From Promethearchaeota archaeon (lineage in GTDB: Archaea > Asgardarchaeota > Lokiarchaeia > Sigyniarchaeales > SOKP01), in the NCBI GenBank assembly GCA_016839705.1, contig JAEOTR010000023.1, forward strand, positions 33,144 to 97,143: DNA of 64,000 nt. The letters are read 5' to 3'. The first letter of the stretch is position 1; every line of letters starts with the position of its first letter. Both the position numbers and the translations under genes were made by a program. This document shows positions 52,796 to 61,917 of the stretch, in pieces. The notes under the pieces were generated by a model, which searched no databases, was not told the DNA's origin, and saw only the letters and a program-made list of their open reading frames with translations.

Positions 52796-53443
52796 ATGCC
52801 AACAGGTATCTTTTTAATTAAGTGGGATGAGGTTATTGGTGGAACTGTTTATATGAGATACCCAGAAACCTTAGAAATTCCAGATCCAATTGTACAACAA
52901 ATAACTATCTCCCATAATTTTACAGAGTCATATATAATTACCGAAGAAAAACAATGGAACTCTGTTTCTTATTATAATGATAATAAAGAGATGATAATTG
53001 TTTTAGTATTAAGTCGATATGATGATGGGAATGATTTTATCCCCCCCAATTCATCTCTGCTTGAGGAATTTAATAGAGAATTAGATAAAGAAATTACTGA
53101 AGAAAACTTGAAGATCAGGTTAGAAACCTTATTTAAGAGTAGTTTAGATGCTTATCGAACGATAGAAGCAGTTATGACAAAACTAAGTAAAGAAGTAGCG
53201 TATTTAAGAACAAAGGAATATGATTATGAAGTGAAATTCGGCGTAATATTAAAATCTGATCACTTATCTGTGAAAGGTAAAATTTTATTTTTATTAACGA
53301 TTAATGATGGCCTTAGTTTTGAAGATCTAAAAAAATCTGTAAAAACAAGTACAGTATGGTTAAGAAATGTACTAGAAACACTTATGAAGAATAATATCAT
53401 AGGCTTTAATTCTCAGAAAGACGTTTATTATATTCAAATATGA
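52796..53443 (+). CDS. uDENN/longin-like N-terminal domain plus C-terminal winged helix
   Basis: GIFLIKWDEVIGG...YP N-terminus; ILFLL...GLSFEDLKK...LETLMKNNIIG..KDVYY wHTH pattern. Confidence 0.55.
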   Translation: MPTGIFLIKWDEVIGGTVYMRYPETLEIPDPIVQQITISHNFTESYIITEEKQWNSVSYYNDNKEMIIVLVLSRYDDGNDFIPPNSSLLEEFNRELDKEITEENLKIRLETLFKSSLDAYRTIEAVMTKLSKEVAYLRTKEYDYEVKFGVILKSDHLSVKGKILFLLTINDGLSFEDLKKSVKTSTVWLRNVLETLMKNNIIGFNSQKDVYYIQI

Positions 53444-53611
53444 ATAAATACACGAGTATATCCTGTAAAATATGCATACAAAACACCCAAACCTCAATTT
53501 AACAATTTCGATTACGTATTTTGAAATCAGGACTTCTCCTTTCGCTGATAATATTTAGATAATATCTATGTATTATTACTGTTCAATAATGATGATTTTC
53601 AATCATTAATT

Positions 53612-53950
53612 ATGTCGGGTTATTTAAAGGGAAATAGAAACCTAAGTGAATTCAAATCTTTATCTCATACTAAAATAAGATTTCAGACTCCTTTGATTTT
53701 ACGGATGTATGGTGCACTAAATAAAGTAAATATGAGAAAAGAAAATAGGTATATACTCTGTAATTTCCTTGATCAACATAGCGACCAAATAGACCTTGAT
53801 GAAAATGTTTATGAAAGCAATAATCAAAAAACATTAAACCAATTATTCCTATTAGCTTTCAACAAAGCCAAGGAATACAAATTAATTGAAGCACTATACA
53901 AGGAATATCTTAATTCAATTGATGCGATTAATAGTAAAATAACCATTTAA
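53612..53950 (+). CDS. Hypothetical protein
   Basis: 112-aa ORF; no recognised motif. Confidence 0.65.
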   Translation: MSGYLKGNRNLSEFKSLSHTKIRFQTPLILRMYGALNKVNMRKENRYILCNFLDQHSDQIDLDENVYESNNQKTLNQLFLLAFNKAKEYKLIEALYKEYLNSIDAINSKITI

Positions 53951-54056
53951 TGTTTAATCCTATTCTTCCCTCCCCTTATTCTTTAAAGAAGAAAATCTAC
54001 AATACTATAACTTCAATTCTGTTATATAGGGTTAAGTATTAAAAATAGAAAAAAAA

Positions 54057-54737
54057 TTAAATAAATGTTATATCTTGATATTCAGAATCTCCAATATCTT
54101 TTTTCGCTACACCGAGATCCCTAACTTGCTGATTAAGTTTTAAAACAGCTTCCCTCACAATTTCTTTCTTTTTTGCTCCAGTGCAGACTATGCGTCCTGT
54201 GCTAAAAATTAAAAAAACTGTTTTAGGATCTTGCATTCTATATATAAGTCCAGGAAAAACTTCTGGTTCATACATAGCATACTCCATCACGATAGCAGCC
54301 ATGTTTAAATCAATATTAGTGTGTAGATCCCCAGAAGCTACTATATTCTGAATGGTAATTTCGGGATTGGATACTTTTATGCCTGCCTTCCTGATATTCT
54401 TTACGACTTTGTCAACAACTCGTTCTGCTTCTGCTGCCTGCCTTAATCCTGTCACAACCATTTTTCCCGTTGAGAAAATTAAGATAGTGGCACGTGGTTT
54501 TTCGATACGCATTACTAGGCCAGGGAAACGTTCTGGGTTATATTCTACATCGGCATGACGTCTAGCTATTTGATTGAGATCTATTTTCTCTGTAATCTCC
54601 ACCACAACAGTTGCTACTACATTTTCAATCTTGTAATCTAAGTCGGTTTCAAAATCATATTCCCCTTGGGGTTCTTCACCCTCTTCTTCCATCTCATCTT
54701 CAAAATCATCTTCAAAATCTTTTTCTTCATCGGACAT
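54057..54737 (-). CDS. tbp: TATA-box binding protein with an acidic N-terminal extension
   Basis: IENVVAT, YNPERFPGL, LIFSTGKMVVTG, IQNIVAS, YEPEVFPGLIYR, IFSTGRIVCTGAK. Confidence 0.97.
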   Translation of the reverse strand: MSDEEKDFEDDFEDEMEEEGEEPQGEYDFETDLDYKIENVVATVVVEITEKIDLNQIARRHADVEYNPERFPGLVMRIEKPRATILIFSTGKMVVTGLRQAAEAERVVDKVVKNIRKAGIKVSNPEITIQNIVASGDLHTNIDLNMAAIVMEYAMYEPEVFPGLIYRMQDPKTVFLIFSTGRIVCTGAKKKEIVREAVLKLNQQVRDLGVAKKDIGDSEYQDITFI

Positions 54738-54936
54738 AATAATTTTATCGTGATTTGTGATTTGAAAATTAAAAAACTGAAAACAATCTTTTTTGTATGG
54801 TTCTTTTGTTAATTGTATTTAAATAAATCCTCCTTTATAAAGGTGGTAGATTTAAAAAAGACTCATGCTATAATCATCAAATTTGGGGGATCATTAAAAG
54901 ATTTATAATAAAGAAAATTAGTAAAATATTTTCCAT

Positions 54937-55467
54937 TCACTGTGTTTTAGAAATTTTGTCTAAAATTCGTTTTGTCAGCTTAATAAAAGCTTCTTCAACA
55001 TTCTGACCGGTCTTAGCTGATGTTAGAAGTAAATCCGTATTATTCTCTTTAGCATAATTACTTGCTTCCATGTCTGTTATTTTTCTTTGCCCTTCTAAGT
55101 CAGATTTGTTCCCTATTAATAAAATCGGCTGTTCTCCTCTTGTTTCTTTAAAACTTTCAATCCAATCGTTGAGTTTATCAAAAGTTTGCCTATCAGTTAA
55201 ATCAAACATTACCAAGGCACCATTGGCCCCTTCTAAATATAGTTTTCTTAGGGACTTAAAAGATTCCTGGCCTCCTAAGTCCCAGATTTGAGCAGATACA
55301 CCGTTACCATCGACTTCCATGTCCTTTTTTAGTAAATTAACCCCTAACGTTGCTTTGTATGACTCTCTAAATTTATTCTCAATATATCTATATACAAGTG
55401 ATGTTTTTCCAACGTTTTTTTCGCCCAAAAGTGTTATTTTTATTATATACTTAGGTTCTTCTTGCAT
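54937..55467 (-). CDS. Rab-like small GTPase
   Basis: GEKNVGKTS, TLGV, WDLGGQE, NKSD, TSAKTG. Confidence 0.94.
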   Translation of the reverse strand: MQEEPKYIIKITLLGEKNVGKTSLVYRYIENKFRESYKATLGVNLLKKDMEVDGNGVSAQIWDLGGQESFKSLRKLYLEGANGALVMFDLTDRQTFDKLNDWIESFKETRGEQPILLIGNKSDLEGQRKITDMEASNYAKENNTDLLLTSAKTGQNVEEAFIKLTKRILDKISKTQ

Positions 55468-55554
55468 TGCTTATCACATGGCGTATAAACTTTAAATTTT
55501 GTTTATATTCAAAATATAGTGTACAGTTATTAAAAATTATCTAATTCAATTCTA

Positions 55555-56037
55555 TTAATCTTTTTGTGTTAAAACCACCATGAACTCACAAAAATTTTGT
55601 CCCGTTTGCAGACTACACCCAACCTCTTGAGCAAAGCAGTGCTGATCACTTAATTTTTCCACTATTCCTGCTAGTAAACCCGCTTCAAATGAACAAAAAC
55701 TTCCTGTTGCTTTAATTCCTTTTTTTACTAGATCTTTAATGGATGAATGGTCTTTCATTTTCAGTTGAATGACTTCTTGGGTTGCTTCTGTAATTTCAAC
55801 TTCACCAAGGTTAAACTGAGAAATTATGTCTTTTAACTCATTTGGAATTTGATTTATGTCCTTGACCTGTTTAACCTTTAATGTAGTCCCTAATTCATGT
55901 CCAAGATAATAAAAAATCGCTTCAAGTTGATGACCTAAAGCTAATAAGGCCCCAACCTTCATATCTCCAATAGATTTACCATCTTTTAAATTTTTTCTCA
56001 TTTGAGCTAAAATTTTAGAAAGTAATTGTCTGTCCAT
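55555..56037 (-). CDS. V4R-domain protein (Bet3/TRAPP-related fold)
   Basis: FYYLGHELG, FNLG, FCSFEAGLLAG, EVGC...G..FCEF. Confidence 0.85.
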   Translation of the reverse strand: MDRQLLSKILAQMRKNLKDGKSIGDMKVGALLALGHQLEAIFYYLGHELGTTLKVKQVKDINQIPNELKDIISQFNLGEVEITEATQEVIQLKMKDHSSIKDLVKKGIKATGSFCSFEAGLLAGIVEKLSDQHCFAQEVGCSLQTGQNFCEFMVVLTQKD

Positions 56038-56127
56038 AATCTTTCACTTTCCCTCTTGCTTTTTAATATTCTATTTCTTATTATTTTGCTTATTTTTTTT
56101 CAAATTTATTATAATTAACTTGATTTC

Positions 56128-56427
56128 TCATAATTTTACTGATGAGATGAATGCGTATAAAATCGCATCAATTATTTCCTCTTCTGCAATATTTACTGAT
56201 AACTTTTTATCTGCTATTATCAATGTTGGTACTGAAGTTATTCGATATTCTTGAGTAAAGTGTCTATTTTCTTCAAGATCGATAGAAATTTTCTCAATTC
56301 TTAATTTTTTCCCAAACATGGAAATGTTTATTCTTTTTAGCATTTCCGATATAGGAGCACACGGTGCGCAGTGAGTCGATGAAAAAAACAAAATTTTCGG
56401 ATAGCTCTGGTCAACAGCATCATACAT
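56128..56427 (-). CDS. Thioredoxin-like protein
   Basis: CAPC active site and SVPTL cis-Pro loop. Confidence 0.85.
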   Translation of the reverse strand: MYDAVDQSYPKILFFSSTHCAPCAPISEMLKRINISMFGKKLRIEKISIDLEENRHFTQEYRITSVPTLIIADKKLSVNIAEEEIIDAILYAFISSVKL

Positions 56428-56430
56428 TTT

Positions 56431-57000
56431 TTAGGCTTCTTTGTATTTGTTATATAAATTCTTTATTATTGCTTGAAATGCTTCATATACACCTGATCCC
56501 GTTTTAGCTGAAGTTTGAAAATACCCTAAGAAACCTCTTCCTTTCACAATTTCTTGAATTTTTTCATTCTCAGTATCTTCTTCTTTTACTAAATCAATTT
56601 TATTTCCAAATAACACGATAGGAAGGTCTCCTACATGACTTTTAATATCCTCATGCCATTCAGGAATTTTATTGAAACTTTCTTCATCAGTATGGCTAAA
56701 AACAATAATAGCTGCTTTCGAACCCTTATAAAACGTAGGGCGCATGAAGTCAAATTCGCGTTGACCCGCTATATCCCAGAAGAACAATTTACAATTATTT
56801 CCTTCAATATCTTCATCATATTTACTAAATTGTGCTCCTATTGTTTTAATATAATCTTTTTCAAAACTACCTTTGGTATATTTTTTAATTAGGCTTGTCT
56901 TTCCAACGGCTCCATCACCGATGACTATGATCGTCAACAATTATATATTGAAGACAGTGATCTTGAAGACAAACCCTTTTGAAGCATCATCATTTCCCAT
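56431..57000 (-). CDS. Rab-like small GTPase interrupted by a 30-nt insertion (179 aa if spliced)
   Basis: ATG at 57000 gives MGNDDASKGFVFKITV[FNI*LLTIIV]IGDGAVGKTS; WDIAGQ, NKID, TSAKTG. Confidence 0.85.
56927..56956 (-). other. Candidate archaeal BHB/BHL-type mRNA intron
   Basis: GAUC/GAUC 4-bp helix with bulges ACU and AUA, and intron hairpin GUC-UU-CAAU/AUUG-UU-GAC. Contains an in-frame UAA; removal yields AAG AUC ACA GUC AUC GGU (KITVIG). Confidence 0.55.
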
Positions 57001-57151
57001 ATATTTCACTCTGTAGAATTTTATTAAGATTTATTTGGTTATTTGTGTATTAAATTCAAAACCTATAAGTTATATTTTCTTTATTTATTTTTATTTGTTA
57101 TTAATTTATATTAATAATATCAACTCGTTTTAAATATTTATATTGGGATAA

Positions 57152-57595
57152 ATGCCTCAAAATTTAGATGATATGCAGTTTTGTAGGAACTGTCAGATGA
57201 ATGTGTTTCCTACAAGACCAGAATTCAACACTAAAATATTTGGTATTTTAGCAATCAGTTTTTTAGCAATATTAATAGCAATAACAATAGTATTTCTCTC
57301 TATTTTTACTGAATTTATTCTAATTATTTTTTTCATGTGGGGATTTATAATCTTTAATCCCTATCTGCTATATTTTATTGCTCAAAAAAAGAATAATTGT
57401 CCAAGATGTTATTATGTTGTTGATGAGAAAAATTTGGAGTATCGACCATTTGGTGAAAAAGAACCCAAAATATTTAATCTCACAATCCCACAAAAAATAA
57501 ACCATAATTGGTATTGTCCATACTGCGGTAAATCCTTGACTGAAGGAGCTAATTTTTGTACTTCCTGCGGAAAAAAATTTGAAATTCAAAGGTAA
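57152..57595 (+). CDS. Membrane zinc-ribbon protein (LITAF-like CxxC-hydrophobic-CxxC plus C-terminal ribbon)
   Basis: CRNC, about 45 hydrophobic residues, CPRC, then CPYCG...FCTSCG. Confidence 0.72.
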   Translation: MPQNLDDMQFCRNCQMNVFPTRPEFNTKIFGILAISFLAILIAITIVFLSIFTEFILIIFFMWGFIIFNPYLLYFIAQKKNNCPRCYYVVDEKNLEYRPFGEKEPKIFNLTIPQKINHNWYCPYCGKSLTEGANFCTSCGKKFEIQR

Positions 57596-57603
57596 TTGAA
57601 ATT

Positions 57604-58077
57604 ATGAGCGTTTTAGAAAGAATAGAGAGACTTGTTGTAGATTTGAATAAAAAAAATCTGAAGATTGCAGTTGCTGAATCTTGTACAGGTGGATATATTT
57701 CACATATGGTAACAAATATTTCAGGAGCCTCTAAAGTTTTTGAAAGAGGAATCGTCTGTTATAGTAATCAAGCAAAAATTGAATTACTGAATATAAAACC
57801 AAAAACCCTAGAAATTCATGGTGCAGTATCTAAAGAGGTTGTAAAACAGTTAGCATCTAACATTAAAAAGCTTTCAAATGTAGCAATAGGGATTGGAGTT
57901 AGTGGTATTGCGGGACCAACTGGTGGTACTCCAGAAAAACCTGTTGGTACAGTCTATATTGGTTTTTCAACAAAGAAAGAAACTATTATTAAAAAATTTA
58001 ATTTTAATACCACTAGAATAGAGTTTAAAAAAAGGGTTTTAGAGAAAATTTTAGATTATTTAGAGGAAAATACGTGA
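57604..58077 (+). CDS. CinA C-terminal / NMN deamidase (PncC)
   Basis: AESCTGG, SGAS, YSN.AK, GAVS, SGIAGPTGG, KPVGTV. Confidence 0.93.
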   Translation: MSVLERIERLVVDLNKKNLKIAVAESCTGGYISHMVTNISGASKVFERGIVCYSNQAKIELLNIKPKTLEIHGAVSKEVVKQLASNIKKLSNVAIGIGVSGIAGPTGGTPEKPVGTVYIGFSTKKETIIKKFNFNTTRIEFKKRVLEKILDYLEENT

Positions 58078-58118
58078 TATGAACTTAAAGGTTAACTAAG
58101 GGTATATTCCACATATAA

Positions 58119-59300
58119 TCATACTACTTTGCCGTTTTCCATCACAATTCTTTTGGAATTATCCTTATATTCTACAGTAATATTAGCTAAAGGGGCTGTA
58201 ACAAAATCCCAATGCATTTGGGAAGCTGAGGTACCTCCGAATGATTTATTAAATCCAAAAGCGACATGCACACTTCCATTTATTTTCTCATCTGTAAGAA
58301 TATATCCAATTGCTTTAGTAATTACTGGATTACATCCTATCCCAAGTTCACCTACATTGTACGTTCTTAGGGTTGGAAGATTGTTTAGTCTATCAATATC
58401 TTCAGCTTGCTTGAAAGCCTTTATCAAGATGTCTAAATTAGAATCTGCCGTAATTTTATCAAGGATTAATTTTCCCTCTTTGAAATAAATTTCTACATTT
58501 TTTAAAATTTTATGGGTTAATCGTTCTTTAGTTAGGGGAATAAATATCTTCCCTTCTCCTTCAGTCTCATTAGGAGGAAAAAAGACCTCACCTGCAGGTA
58601 AATTACCACCTATATCACCTAAGGCAATTTGCTCTTCTGATAGAATTCCATTGTCAAGATTTTTCGGGCGATTCTCTACGGAGACCCAAAAGTCTGTACC
58701 ATTACTATCATTTACATAAACTCTCTTAGCGTTTTCAAACTTTTGACCGATATCCGTGACGATGTTTGTCATTTTCTCAGTCGGAATACTCATTCCTTCA
58801 ACTATAAATTTCTCAAAGAGATCATAATTAATATTATAGAATTTAGCTGCTTTTTTTGAAGGCCAGGCCGCATAACACCATTTCTTTCCAGGGGCATATT
58901 CCTCTTTAAATCCATATATTATATCTTTATATGGTGCTACAGCTTTGGTATACGCATCTAATTTTTCTTTTGGTGCTTTATTTCGAATTGATGGATCTTC
59001 AAGCGGTTCAATTACAATGTATGAATCCATTTTTTCTATTAACTTTAAGTAATGCATAGGAGTTTTTTCAATAGTACTAGGTTTTATTAAATTATCTTGG
59101 AAAATTGATTCGTCATAATAATCACTTGTAGAAGTTATATGGGGAATCCCTCCTTTTCTAAGAACGCTTAGTCCTATTTCTTCTAATAATTCATGAGCAT
59201 ATAAACCCCCTTTTATAAGAACATATTCCCCTTCTTTTTTAATGCCTATGTAATTAGCGATATTATCAGCGCATAACTTGATTTTTGATTTATTAATCAT
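58119..59300 (-). CDS. M29 (thermophilic-type) aminopeptidase
   Basis: NLPAGEVF, GELGIG, DEK..GSVHVAFG, HWDF. Confidence 0.9.
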   Translation of the reverse strand: MINKSKIKLCADNIANYIGIKKEGEYVLIKGGLYAHELLEEIGLSVLRKGGIPHITSTSDYYDESIFQDNLIKPSTIEKTPMHYLKLIEKMDSYIVIEPLEDPSIRNKAPKEKLDAYTKAVAPYKDIIYGFKEEYAPGKKWCYAAWPSKKAAKFYNINYDLFEKFIVEGMSIPTEKMTNIVTDIGQKFENAKRVYVNDSNGTDFWVSVENRPKNLDNGILSEEQIALGDIGGNLPAGEVFFPPNETEGEGKIFIPLTKERLTHKILKNVEIYFKEGKLILDKITADSNLDILIKAFKQAEDIDRLNNLPTLRTYNVGELGIGCNPVITKAIGYILTDEKINGSVHVAFGFNKSFGGTSASQMHWDFVTAPLANITVEYKDNSKRIVMENGKVV

Positions 59301-59493
59301 GAATTATATTATTAAAATAAACATAATAATTCTTCTTGTTTAAATATCTCCCGTTTAAAAGAGTAAAATCAATTAAAAAAAGCTTCAAAATCTTGACAAA
59401 GAGTTTATTAAAACTAGTTGTTTTATTAAATTTATTGTATGAATTACTTTCTTACCAGCTCTACTAATATAAAAAAATTAAATATCATTCAGA

Positions 59494-60015
59494 ATGGTTG
59501 TTCGAGAAGCAGGGTTAATTTTTAGAGGTTTCAACTTAGTTAAGAGGAGTTACCATAAAAGCACTAAAGGAAAGATAGATGCAGATCTGAGAAGTGGACT
59601 ACTAACAGCTATTAAAAGTTTTGCTGAATCCGCATTTACAAAAGGTTCTGTAGAATATTTTGAAGGAAAAAAGTTCCTTATCGCATTCACTGATTCGGAA
59701 ATTAAATCAGAAGACGGTATAGAACTTGAAACATTGATATCCTATGTAATACTAGATAAAGAGAAAAAAATGGAAAAATACATGCAGAAAATTATTCTTC
59801 CACTATTGAAAAAAGTAATTAGTGAATTTATGAGATTTCATAAAGGGAAAAATCTATCGGAAGTTACCCAATTTAGGGGATTTAAAGATACACTAGACGA
59901 AATTTTCGGTACAGATACTCAGACTGTTGATCAAAAACTTAAAGGAATATTTACAGAAGAAAAAAAAGAAACTACAAAGAAAAAAAAATCAATGAAGAAG
60001 AAAAAAGAATCATAA
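59494..60015 (+). CDS. Longin/roadblock-like protein with a basic tail
   Basis: G..LVKRSY...DADLRSGLLTAIKSFAESAF pattern; Lys-rich C-terminus. Confidence 0.6.
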   Translation: MVVREAGLIFRGFNLVKRSYHKSTKGKIDADLRSGLLTAIKSFAESAFTKGSVEYFEGKKFLIAFTDSEIKSEDGIELETLISYVILDKEKKMEKYMQKIILPLLKKVISEFMRFHKGKNLSEVTQFRGFKDTLDEIFGTDTQTVDQKLKGIFTEEKKETTKKKKSMKKKKES

Positions 60016-60043
60016 TGGTAGAAGATTTTCCTCTATTTTGTTT

Positions 60044-60997
60044 TTAATTTTTTTTCTTTGACTCTTTCAAAAACCAAAATATTAATGGTAAAGCAACAGT
60101 AGCATCTGAGATTACTGTTGAATATTTTGCTTTTTCATTTACCTTCCCCCAAGAAATAGCTTCTTTCAATGTGGCTCCACTTAGTCCTCCAGATTCTGGT
60201 CGATCCATGGTAATTTGAATGGCATAGGATGCAGAAGTGGGACAAAATTGTAATGATTGCATGATATAATTTTTTGGAACCCCTCCTCCGATAAAACACA
60301 CTCCTGCTTTTTTAGCATCCCAGGCTAAATCTACCATCTTGAGCATATCCTTAAAGTGGTTTAAGTTTACTTGTTGATGGTTAAATCCAATTTGAAGAGC
60401 TAAACCAGAGTCCGTAAAAGCAGGACAGAAGATTGGGATGTCTTTTTTAGCGCAAATATTTAAAATAGATTCAGAATTGTTAGGTAATTGGTTGCCAAGG
60501 AATTGTAAAAAAGAACTCACAGTCATCTCATTATCAGGTATCTTTAAATTCGAAACAAAATCTTCTATTCCTTCATATACTTTATTAGGCATTAATACAT
60601 CATAGATTCTATTCATTTCTGATTTATATAAATCAGAATCATTAAATCCTTTTGCATCTATTTGGTCCCCTTGCAAATGATGATATCCTAAGGCTTCTGC
60701 TAAATCGTGAGTTAAATTAGCCCCAGTAGTAACCAGAACATCAATGTATCCCTCCTTAATAAAATCATGTAATATTTTCTGCATTCCTGCGGGAACAAGA
60801 GCTCCTGCTAAGCCAAAAAACTTTATGCAATCCTTATCATTTACCATTTCATTATAAATTTCACAAGCTAAAGCTAACCGTTTTGCGTTAAATCCTGAAT
60901 TCTTTAAAGAATCAATAAGTTCAACAATATTTGTTTCATTAGTAATTTTCAATTGATGTACTTCTTTCAAGTTTTCTTTCAAATCTTTATGAGTCAT
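60044..60997 (-). CDS. dys: Deoxyhypusine synthase
   Basis: GFNA, AGALVPAG, TTGANLTHD, NRIYD, PAFTDS, GGGVPKN, GGLSGATLKEAISWGK; ATG at 60997. Confidence 0.95.
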   Translation of the reverse strand: MTHKDLKENLKEVHQLKITNETNIVELIDSLKNSGFNAKRLALACEIYNEMVNDKDCIKFFGLAGALVPAGMQKILHDFIKEGYIDVLVTTGANLTHDLAEALGYHHLQGDQIDAKGFNDSDLYKSEMNRIYDVLMPNKVYEGIEDFVSNLKIPDNEMTVSSFLQFLGNQLPNNSESILNICAKKDIPIFCPAFTDSGLALQIGFNHQQVNLNHFKDMLKMVDLAWDAKKAGVCFIGGGVPKNYIMQSLQFCPTSASYAIQITMDRPESGGLSGATLKEAISWGKVNEKAKYSTVISDATVALPLIFWFLKESKKKN

Positions 60998-61004
60998 TTT
61001 TAGT

Positions 61005-61907
61005 TCATAGTTTACTCCTTCTGATAAAATCCATAAATTCAATAATCAATTTAACTGCTAAAATTAAAGTCATTCTATTTTCTAAATCTAAATTGGGAGC
61101 AACCTCAACTAAATCAAATCCCACCACATTAAAACTTAAAGCTATTTCCTTAAGGATTTTCCACATCTCTCGGTAAGAAAACCCTCCAGGTATCGCATAA
61201 CCCGTTCCTGGAGCTATCGATGGATTTAAAGCATCAATATCTATTGAAACATATAACTTTTTAATATTTGATTTGTGATAAAATTCCTTTATTTTATCGA
61301 TGTAATAATCTATACCATCAATGATATGATAAGCATTAAGAAACTTGAGGTTTTCAGAATTTGCTAGGTTTAATTCCTCAATATCAATATCTCGAGCACC
61401 AACTATAATTAAATTTTTATTATTAATATATTCCAAGTCAAAAATTCTATGAGAAAGAGTTGCGTGGGAATAAACCCCTTTATCCCATTCTTGATAAAAA
61501 TCCAAATGGGCGTCAAAAATTAGAACCCCAAATTCTTCTTTTTTTTCTATCTGATCACCAACAGCTTTAACCACAGGATAAGTACAGAAATGATCTCCAC
61601 CAATCATAATTGGGATAATATCTTCATTTCCTGTATAAATCTCTTTAAGAAAAGTATCGATTTTCCTTATATTTAGCTCAACACTAGTTGGGATAATCTC
61701 AACATTTCCTATATCTGCAGCTTGAAAGTTTGTAATATGAAAACCTAATTCAGTTGTAAATCCAATATCATCTGTAATATTTCTAATGCTATCAGGTGTA
61801 ATTGAAGAATTTGGTAAATCAGTAGAAGTTAAATAATCCCAAGGTATACCAAAAATAACAAAATGAGTATCATCGTTTATTTCTTCCTTAAAATTAAAAA
61901 ATCTCAT
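61005..61907 (-). CDS. speB: Agmatinase (ureohydrolase family)
   Basis: GGDH, DAHLD, SHAT, SIDIDAL, APGTG, DLVEVAP. Confidence 0.9.
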   Translation of the reverse strand: MRFFNFKEEINDDTHFVIFGIPWDYLTSTDLPNSSITPDSIRNITDDIGFTTELGFHITNFQAADIGNVEIIPTSVELNIRKIDTFLKEIYTGNEDIIPIMIGGDHFCTYPVVKAVGDQIEKKEEFGVLIFDAHLDFYQEWDKGVYSHATLSHRIFDLEYINNKNLIIVGARDIDIEELNLANSENLKFLNAYHIIDGIDYYIDKIKEFYHKSNIKKLYVSIDIDALNPSIAPGTGYAIPGGFSYREMWKILKEIALSFNVVGFDLVEVAPNLDLENRMTLILAVKLIIEFMDFIRRSKL

Positions 61908-61917
61908 TCTTCAAATC

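Noticed and set aside
52605-52802. 65-aa ORF in the track
   Set aside because: Low-complexity AT-rich frame spanning a divergent promoter region; no motif.
56941-56943. Stop-codon recoding (Sec/Pyl) in the GTPase
   Set aside because: The stop is UAA, and read-through would leave 10 extra residues before the P-loop.
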